A stretch of DNA of 64,000 nt from Fonticula alba ATCC 38817 (taxonomy: Eukaryota; Protista; Nucleariida): the NCBI GenBank assembly GCA_000388065.2, contig KB932201.1. The stretch is one strand, 5' to 3'. The notes under the pieces were generated by a model. It did not search any database, had not been told where the DNA came from, and saw only the letters and a program-made list of their open reading frames with translations. The position numbers were made by a program, and so were the translations under genes. How positions within the stretch are numbered: position 1 is the first letter of the stretch; every line of letters begins with the position of its first letter. Shown one piece after another: positions 11,757-20,629 of this stretch.

Positions 11757-12865
11757 ATGACAGCATCGCCGCCAGCAAGCCCTTCTTCGTGCTGGTGTCC
11801 TACCTGCAGCCGCACATCCCGGTGTTTGCCAACTCCCGGTTCAAGGGGTCCAGCCGGCGCGGGGCCTTCGGCGACATGATGCACGAGATGGACGACTCCA
11901 TCGGCCGGGTGATGGCCGCCCTGGAGGAGCGTGGCCTGACCGGTGACACGCTTGTGGTTTTCACCTCGGACAATGGCGCCTGGCCGGATGCCCGCGAGCC
12001 GCTGGTCGATGAGGACCTCTCGGATGACCAGCCGCATGGCGGGTCCAACGGTCCCTTCCAGCAGGGCAAGGGCTCCACCTGGGAGGGCGGTGTCCGTGAG
12101 CCGACCATCATTTCCTGGCCCAACGGCTCCATCAAGTCCGGGGCCACCAGCATGGAGATTGCCTCGCACATGGACGTCCTGCCGACCGTCCTGGAGGCGG
12201 CCGGTGTGTCGGTCCCCACCGACCGGACCATCGATGGTCGGAGCCTGCTGCCGCACATGCGTGGTCTCACTTCCTCCGGGCCGCATGATGCCTACTTCTA
12301 TTGGCGCGAGCGCGAGGTCTATGCCGTCCGTCTGGGCCGCTACAAGGCGCACTTCGTCACCCGGCCCGGGTTCGGCAACGACCGGCCGGTGCGTCACAAC
12401 CCGCCGCTTCTCTTTGACCTGGAGGCCGACATGGGCGAGCAGTATCCCCTGGACTCGGCCGGCCGCTATGCCGATCTGATTGCCGACATGCGTCGTCGCG
12501 TGGCCGAGCACCGGACCACCATCGAGGCGGTTGAGCCGCAGTACGAGTTCGGCGGGACCATCCTGCCCGGCGTGGACTTCTCCGTGGTGCCCTGCTGCAA
12601 CCCGATGGCCCTGCAGGAGTTCACCATCGAGCAGCTGGTCAACGACCACTGGGAGCAGTGCCGTTGTGACTATCTTTCGGGCCAGGCCCCGGCGTCGCCG
12701 GAGGAGGGCACCACCGGCGAGTCGGCCACCGAGGCCGAGCGCTCGGTTCGTCGCACGGCCCAGGAGCTCCTGGCCGCCGACCTGACCCGTGGTGGGCACT
12801 CGTCCACGGCCGCTGTCATGGCTGAGCTTCTGCTCAAGCAGATGTCCGGCCCGCGCCACACTTGA
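11757..12865 (+). CDS. Arylsulfatase (ARSA/GALNS/STS-like), last exon; N-terminal part not visible, probably in gap 10819-11671
   Basis: KPFFVLVSYLQPHIP..FKGSSRRGAFGDMMHEMDDSIG..DTLVVFTSDNG..GSNGPFQQGKGSTWEGGVREPTIISWP..SHMDVLPTVL..IDGRSLLP..VRLGRYKAHF..PLLFDLEADMGEQYPL..PCC..CRC. CAG acceptor at 11756. The catalytic CxPxR motif is not in the readable sequence. Confidence 0.9.
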
Positions 12866-13005
12866 AGCTTGTGTGGCTTTTTCTTTCCCTTCCCCGGGCG
12901 CCACCCCCTTTGTGTCGTCCTCTCCCTTGTGTCCTCCTCGCCCCGCCGGCGGCCCTCTCCCTCCCTCCCTCTCGGTCTCCCTCTCCCTTTCTCTCCTGCG
13001 CCTGT

Positions 13006-13038
<33 letters not shown>

Positions 13039-13484
13039 CTGCCCGATCCCGTGTCACTTGCCCCGGTTGTGTGGTGTCCATTCGCCCGGCATTTTGTTTG
13101 GGACACCGGCCATTGTGCGCATTTGAGAGGAAAAAAAAAGGGACCCCGGGTGTGGGTGGTGCGGCGAGCAGCCAGCTGTGCACAAACAAACACACACACT
13201 CACACACGCACACACATCTTGAGAGTTTCTCTTCGTCCTTTTTTATTTCTCCCTCCCAGGGCATCACCGTGCCCAGGCACGCGCGCACTCGCGCGCGCGT
13301 GCCATCTTGTCATCGATCCCCCTTCCTCCCTGCGCGCTCTCCCCCTTGATATATGGACACATGTTTGTGTGTTTACATACACCATGTTGCCGTGAGGCAC
13401 AAATATATTCACTCTCCCATGCGCATGCGCTCCTTGCGTGTGTGGGGCTCTCTTCTCTGTTGTGTACTCTCTGTTATCCGCCCT

Positions 13485-13520
<36 letters not shown>

Positions 13521-13544
13521 TCGATGATCATGATGATCATGATG
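13485..13544. repeat. (GAT)n/(ATC)n trinucleotide microsatellite, intergenic
   Basis: Tandem ATG/GAT units with a few interruptions, downstream of the sulfatase stop. Confidence 0.9.
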
Positions 13545-14435
13545 CCGGAGAGGGGGCAGTGGTGTTTTCCGTTTCGGCTGGGTATGGACATGCGCGTGCA
13601 TGTGCCTGGATTTCCTGGCGAATGAGTTGTTCGCCCGCTTGGTGTCTCGTGTGAGCTGTTTTTTCCTCCGCCTCCTCTCTACCCCCCTCTGCCGCTGGTC
13701 GAAAGACCCCCCCCCCCCCTCCCTCCGGAGGCACTCTCAGCCTGCCCACACTTACAAGTCACGTCTGGGAATTTATTTTCCTTGGCGAGGGGAAAAAAGA
13801 GGGGCGGGGTGCGGCGCGGTGGGGCGGAGTGGGGGTGAGGAAGTCGAGACGACCTCCACACCGCGAGATGCAGTTGGGTTGGTGCAGGGTGTCACCACCC
13901 AAACATCGGCCACTCCCCCCTCTCTCTCTCTCTTTCTCCTCTCTTTCACGTCACTCTTCCCCCCCCCTGAGCGCACCCCCACACAGTCCAGATGGAGTGT
14001 GTGTGTGTGTGTGGCTTGCGCGGTCCACATGGCGGCACACACGCACACATACATGCGGGTATGTACACACGCAAGCCCGACCGCGCACGCGGCGGATACA
14101 CAGGTGGCCAGAGGCGGGAGAGAGAGAGAGAGAGAGCGACAGGCGGGATTTGCATGGCGAGGCGTCCCAGCGCGGCGCCGGCACAAACTGCGGCCAAGGC
14201 CGCGGGGAGGGGCCCCAAATGGCGCATAGCCTCTCGCGGCATCGGCGTGTGATCGTGTACAGCCTCGCTTCCTCTCCTTCTCTTTCTCTCACGTCTGCGG
14301 GGGAGTCTCATGTCTCTCTGCCCTTAGCCCCCCGGCTCCCCCCCCCCTGCCTCGGTGTCGGGGTGAAAATGGGCTGCCCCATGGGCTCTGCCCTTCAGTG
14401 ACATTCGCATCTTTCGGTGATGGGGCGAGGGCCCC

Positions 14436-14833
14436 TTAGAAGGCCCAGTCCGGAGTGGCGCGAGCAATGGACGCCAGCATGAACATGACCGCCGGTCCCA
14501 CCACACAGGCCATGGTGCCGGCTGTGGCCATGAAGGACCGCTCCGGATGGACAATGGCATCCAGCGACCGTGCCAGCGGCTGATGGTGGACGCCGGCCGT
14601 CGGGATGGCCTTGCCGTCGCCGAGGCCAAGCTGATTGCGCAGGCGCCCGGCCTCGCGCTGGGCCAGGTCCCGGGCCATCTGCGTGCCGGCGGCCGCGGTC
14701 TTCAGCGGGTGGGCAATGAAGTCGAATGCGCGGTTGAGGAGCGGCGACCCGGGGGGGCTCATGGCCCGGCGCACGGCATCCATCCCGCGGCGGAGGTCGC
14801 GAATCGGATGGAAGCCCCCCTCCTCCTCGGTCC

Positions 14834-14869
<36 letters not shown>

Positions 14870-16837
14870 ACGTGCTGCCATACCGGCTGCCACTGCTGGC
14901 GAGGTATGCCGCCCCGGCGGGGCTGAGGTTCGTGGTGACCGAGGTGTAGGGCATGCCCGACTCCAGGACCACCAGCTCGTCGAGGGCCATCTGGTCCTCG
15001 GGGAGGATGTGCGAGCGGGCGTGCCGGGCGCCGCCGCCGCCGTGGGACGCACGCTCCGAGGCCTCGTACGCGGCGCGAAGCCGGGGCGACGTGCTGGCCG
15101 GGACGAAGGTCGTGCGCGAGGAGTAGGACACCTTGTCAAACTCCGACATCTCGTTGTGCCCCTCGGGGATGCTGACATGCAGGCGGGAGCGCATGTCGGC
15201 CGACATGCGCCGGCCGGCCCCGGCCCCGGCCCCGGCCCCGGCCACCGAATCGGCCATGCGCCGGTGCTGGGTGTGGAATTGCTGGTGGTAGTCGTCCGAC
15301 CAGTCGGCCGCGGCGGCTTGCTTGTAATGCTGCTGCTGCTGCTGCTGCTGGTGGTGGTGGTGACGCTCGTGGTGCTGGGCGCGGTGGCTGGCCGGGCCGT
15401 GGCGGGCAGCGGCATCGGCCGCGCTGAGCACCCCCGGGGCCGAGGCCATGTCGGACCAGTCGCTAAAGGCATGCTCCAGGCGGAAGGCCGGGTTCAGGGC
15501 ATACTGCAGGAACTCCCGGCCCCAGAAGTCGCTGGGGATGGTGCCGCCGGCCGGGCGCATCTTCAAGGAGAAGCGCTGGCCCGGACCCATGGCCGCCGCG
15601 CCGGCCCGGTGGTACTGCTTGCCGGGGGCCAGCATGTCGCGCTGGCGCCGAGCGAAGCCCTCGGAACGCGCGCGCCCGGCGGCCGCCGCCTCGCGCGCCA
15701 CCCGGCGATGAAGCTGCCCCATGGCCGACAGCATGTTGTGCCCGGCCCCGGCATGGGCGCTGTGCGTGTGAATGGGCATGCCGGTGGTGGTGGCGGTGGC
15801 GGTGGTGGCGGCGGAGGCGGCGGCGGCGGAGCTCGAGGACACCCGCGAGGAGCCCTTGCTGGCGGCATGGGCACCGATGTGGCGCTGGTGCAGCAGATCC
15901 GCCATGTCCCCGAGCCGGTGCGCCGTCCGGGGGCTGAGCTTCCCATGGTGGGCGCTCTCGTGCAGGGCCTCGCGCCAGGCATCCGGCGTGCCGAGGATGC
16001 TGTAGGCCCCCTGCAGGGTGGCCAGCTGCTCCTCATTCAGCGGGGCATAGTCCGCCGCCCCGTCGGCCATGTGGGTCTGCTGGTCGAAGTGGTGGTGGCC
16101 GGAGGCGCTGGTGCTGGCGCTGTGGTGGCTGTGGCTGTGGCTGTGGCTGTGGCTGTGGTGGCCGTGGGCATGGTGGCGGCCCTCGCGCAAGGCCGCCAGG
16201 CTGGCCTGCTCCTGGGCCAGCCGTGCCTCCAGGCGCCGGATCTCTTCGGTCCGGTCGCGAATGAGCGGCTGCTCGTCGCCGAGGTGGCTCGGCCCGGGGC
16301 TGGTCCCCAGGTTGGACCAGTGCGAGCGATCGGCCTGCCAGGCCTCCTGGTGGGTGAGAATCTGCCCGGCCTCCTCGCCGAAGGGCCGGAACTGGGTCTG
16401 CACCGCGGAGGTGGCCCCATCGAAGGTCAGCGCCCGCGGGGACCCCGGGGCCAGGATGGTCATGGTCTCCTCGCCTTGGCGAGTCCTGTGCGAGGCATGG
16501 TGCCCGAGCATGTGGTCACGCAGGCTGATGTTGATGTCGCCGCCGGCATGGTGCTGCTGGTGCTGGTGCTGATGCTGCTGCTGCTGGTGGTGGTGGTGGT
16601 GGTGCTGGCGACCATGCTGCTGCGACTGGTGGGCGATCCGGCCGCCGGGAGAGCGCGGCGCGTTGGAGGCCGCCCGCTGGCGCGGCGAGCCGGGCTGGCG
16701 CGGGGAGGCCTGCTGGCGACCGCGGCCGCCGGGGCTGCGCGGGGCACCGGCGCCCTGGCGGTGCTGCTGCTGCTGCTGCTGCTGCTGGCGTGGCGACCCG
16801 GGGCCGCCCTGGTTGGCGGACTTCGACGGGATGGTGG

Positions 16838-16873
<36 letters not shown>

Positions 16874-17429
16874 GACCCTTCGGGTGGAAGGCCGGCGCGT
16901 CGACATTCACCTGGATCTTGAGGTCCTGCTGCTTGCGGGCGCCCGAGCCGGAGGCAGGGCCTGCGGCGCGCGCGCGCGGCGACCCCGGCGGCGACCGGAC
17001 CTCCAGCTTCCGGCCATCGGGCGACCGGACCGTGGTGACCACAGGCTGCCCGGGGTCGGCCTTCTTGCCGCCAGCACGGGGACTAGCCGGGGCGGCGTCG
17101 GACTTCTTGGCGCCGGCGCCGGTCGACTCGGCCGACGCCGATGCCCGGGGGCCGGACTTCGGCGACAGCGGGGCCGAGCGCGGGGAGCTCGGCCCGGTGC
17201 CAGCCTGCTGGCGGCGGTCGCCCGATTGGTCGTTCACCACCTCGGTCCAGCGCTTGGGCTGGGACTGGTGCTGCTGCTGCTGCTGCGAGGCGCCCGCCGA
17301 TGCGGACTCCTTCTGGGCAAGGCGCGCGGCCGAGGCCTGCATGGCCGGCGACAGGGGAGGAGCCGGCGGAATGGCGGAGGTGCTGGCCGGGGCCGCACCG
17401 CCGTGCTTCTCGGCCGAGGGAGGCGTCAT
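14436..17429 (-). CDS. Hypothetical low-complexity protein (~997 aa; Q/H/A/S/P-rich) with one C-terminal hydrophobic segment
   Basis: Single uninterrupted ORF from ATG at 17429 to TAA at 14436, with host-like GC3 codon use and poly-Q/H/A tracts. It ends in FMATAGTMACVVGPAVMFMLASIA-RATPDWAF. No family recognised. Confidence 0.75.
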
Positions 17430-19527
17430 GGCAGGCTGCACGTAAACAAAGGCGCGGTGGCGGGGGGGGGGGGGGGGGGGCCGATGGCACAACAAACATA
17501 AAAAGCCCGACTGTCGGGCGGCGGAGTCTCGGGGGGGGCGGGGCCGGGGAAGGGCAAAGGGGAGGCGAGCGCGGGGGAGAGGCACGCAAAGGGGCGAGGC
17601 GATGGGGCTGCAAAAAAGAGCGCTGGCTGTGAGGTGGGGGGCGGGGAAGGAAAAAAGTGTGACGACAAGCGACAGTCAATGTCCAGGCCATTGCTGTCGC
17701 AGGTTCACCCTGCCCGGGGGTCCCCACCGCAAGATAAACCTGCATTCGGCTTCGGTGCCCAACTGACTCCTCTCGCCTGCCCAGTCCCCCTCCCCCCCCC
17801 NNNNNNNNNNCCCCCCCCCCCGGGCCGCGGGCAACCACAGGATGCATGTGCGAGCGCATAGGCGCGCAGTGGGTCGCCTCCTTTGCCGGGCCCCAGATGG
17901 GGGCGTCCAGATCCGATGGTCAGCAGGTGAACGGGGGCCGCAGCAACGACCGGTGCCAGGGGAAAGGCCGGCCGTCCCTCGGCCACCATGCAGCCCCGCG
18001 CCCGGGGAGACCCTGTCGCGCGGGATGGCCCGGAAATGCCTTTCCCCTTGGTCCTCCACATGCGACTGTAAGGAGGCCCGATGGCCGGGCCGCATGCGCA
18101 TGCCCGGCCGCGACACTCCACACAGTGTGCCGGAAGGGCCGCACATTGTGGCGAGCTCGCGCTGGCCGGACCTTTGCACTTCCGATCCAGCGAGCGCAAC
18201 AGCATCCCCCCCCCCCCCGGGAATGGGGTGGCCGACGGCCTCCTGGCCGACAGGCGCTCGATAGAGGCTGGTGAACAAGCGGTCGGCCCTCCCTGAGGCC
18301 GGCTCTCTTGCCCCTCGGCCACTGGCCGGCAGCCCACCTGGCGTGCCTTCGCCGGGACGCCCTTCCCGCGCCTCCCGCGCGTTCCATGCGAGGAGGGATC
18401 CCCCCTCGTCGCGACGGCGCCGAATATCTGGACCACCTCGCCGCGGGGCGGGACGGACCACAGTCCACGTTCGGGCGTGTCTGTGTGCAAATGTATCGGG
18501 GTGCGCCTGTGTGGGGATGGCTGGCTGGGCGCGCGGGCGTGCAACCACACCAGGCATTTCGCGCGTCTTTATTTCCTCCCCCCCATGCTTCTGTGGGGGC
18601 CAATAAAACAGCTGCCAAGAGAGGACAAGGTGCAAGGAGCCCTTCCCCGGGAAGCGGGGAGAAAATATTAATAATAATAAAGAACCCACGCGGGATATTA
18701 TCCACCACCAGCTACTTGGTGCCCGGCCCAGCGTGCATGCCTCCCGCCTGGGCATATGCCGGGCGGATCCACCACAATCCCGCGCGGGGCCCTCCGGTGC
18801 TGGCCCCGATCAGCCCCCTTCGAGCATGGACCGCCCCCCCACGGCAACAGCGAGGGGAACGGAGCGGACCTATTCAATTGTGGACTTAGAGCCGTCTGTT
18901 TATAGCCCTCACCGCGAGCGGGCAAATGTCGGACCATTCGGTAACAGTTCACTCGGGCCTCGTGTGCGCACGGCCGTACACAGTTAAGATCATATGCCCG
19001 CCGGCGGATCACTGGATCAAGGCCTCATTTTCAGCATCAAATGCCCACGCACAAGGTCCCCTCTCCCGGGAGCCCCTCTTGTCCGTAACTTCTCCGGGGA
19101 TGCGCCAGCGTTGGCACCCGGAAATGGAGATGGCCAGAGGGCGGCGGGGATGAGATGTTCCGCGCCGGCACGCGATGGTGGCCGCAACGCCCGGGGAGGG
19201 GGACGGGGCCCGGGGGCGGGAGCCGCGACTGTGGCAGGCTTTGACCTAGACATCATTCCTGGCGGCCGAGATCTCCCTCGCGCTCCTCGCGCCCGGTGTC
19301 AGCGACGGAGGCCGAAGTGAGGGACTCGTGGGGGCGCGGTCGCCGGGGCGGCCTCCGTGCCAGACAAAGCCCCGTCGTGCCTCCTTCTCCCTGCCCTTTC
19401 CCCTTGTCGGTTCTTCGCTCGAGACATCGTCCTCTTCCTGTCCCTCCTTCCCCGCTCTCGCCCGTCCCCCCCCCCCTCCCCCCCCCGGCCCCCGCTAGCC
19501 CGTGAGCGGGCAATTATCGACCACCCG

Positions 19528-20475
19528 ATGGACCCCCCGGCCGAATTCTCACCCCTCAGCAGTGGCCAACTCTTCCCCGAGGTGCCCGGTAGCCCGCCGG
19601 CTGGCTTGGTGTCGGCCGAGGCCAGTGTCTCGGATTTGGATGCCCTGCGTTTGTCCAATCTGTCGGAGGACTCGCTCCGGTATCCGCTGTCGGAAAACTG
19701 CGACATCATCAACCCCCCGCTGTCGGCATCGATCCTGGCCACCCCGGCCGAGGGGGATGCTGACAGCCCGAGTGACCCTTCCAGTGTCCTGCTGGCCGAT
19801 GACGAGGGCGTGTCGGGCACCGACTCCAGCCCGCAGCACCTCCTGCTGCCGGTGGACCCGGCTGTCGATGCCCTCTCCGACAGCGTGGCCCCGGTTTCCT
19901 CGGGCTCGGTGCTGCGTCTCCCGCCGGCGGGCGCACCCTCCTCGAATGTCGCCCAGGCTCCTGGCCCTGTGATGGCGGCGGCGGCGGCGGCAAGCACCGT
20001 GGCAACTCCCCCCGGCGCTTCGAGCCCTGGTCCTGACCCGCTGCAGCAGGGCGCCACCGGGGTCCGGTGGCCGGCCGCCACGGCCACCGCAGCCCCAGCG
20101 GCCCCGACACCGGCCCCGACGCCGGCCACCATGTCCAAAAGCACGGCAGCCTCGCCGCAGACCATTCGCGTGGACACGTCCCCCGGGGTCGGGGGTGTTT
20201 CCCTGGATGGCGGATCGCAATCCGGGCCGACGGGGATCCTGCGCACCGCCGGGGCGGGCGTGCCTCTGCACGGCTTCTCCGAGAGTCTGCTGGAGTCTCT
20301 ACGGTCGACCATGCATGTTTTCGCCGAGCTTGGCCATGGCGGCAGCCCGTTGGAGCTGGCGGCCGAGCGGCTGCTGATCAGCTCGCGCCTGATGGCCAGG
20401 CCGGACACCGCTGTGGAGGCCGGTCCGGTCGCCGTGCCGGCCTCCGGTCCGGGGACTTGCCGGCCGCGCCGATGA
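19528..20475 (+). CDS. 315-codon S/A/P-rich ORF directly upstream of the glutaminase-like CDS; probably its N-terminal extension, separated by a one-base frame break
   Basis: Starts ATG GAC CCC at 19528 and has coding-like composition. Its TGA (20473-20475) overlaps the ATG (20472-20474) of the glutaminase frame. No convincing intron bridges the two frames. Confidence 0.6.
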   Translation: MDPPAEFSPLSSGQLFPEVPGSPPAGLVSAEASVSDLDALRLSNLSEDSLRYPLSENCDIINPPLSASILATPAEGDADSPSDPSSVLLADDEGVSGTDSSPQHLLLPVDPAVDALSDSVAPVSSGSVLRLPPAGAPSSNVAQAPGPVMAAAAAASTVATPPGASSPGPDPLQQGATGVRWPAATATAAPAAPTPAPTPATMSKSTAASPQTIRVDTSPGVGGVSLDGGSQSGPTGILRTAGAGVPLHGFSESLLESLRSTMHVFAELGHGGSPLELAAERLLISSRLMARPDTAVEAGPVAVPASGPGTCRPRR

Positions 20476-20592
20476 GCCCCCTCTCGCCGCCGGCTTTCGC
20501 GGCCCTGCGAAACTCCCTCGCGGAGCTGGCCCGACAGGCGGACCCCGGGCCCGCGGATGCCGGGTCCTATGGCGAGGCGCCGATCGCCACCT

Positions 20593-20629
<37 letters not shown>

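Noticed and set aside
14547-17501. 984-aa + strand ORF and many other long alternative-frame or antisense ORFs in the track (e.g. 10748-13288 minus, 335-1519 minus)
   Set aside because: These are shadow ORFs caused by high GC and stop-codon scarcity opposite real genes. They have R/G/P-rich composition, no motifs, and some cross N-gaps.
17430-19527. AT-richer stretches in the divergent region between the orphan gene and the glutaminase-like locus, considered as possible snRNA or tRNA genes
   Set aside because: No U1/U2/U5/U6 signature sequences or tRNA A/B boxes with a cloverleaf could be identified by eye.
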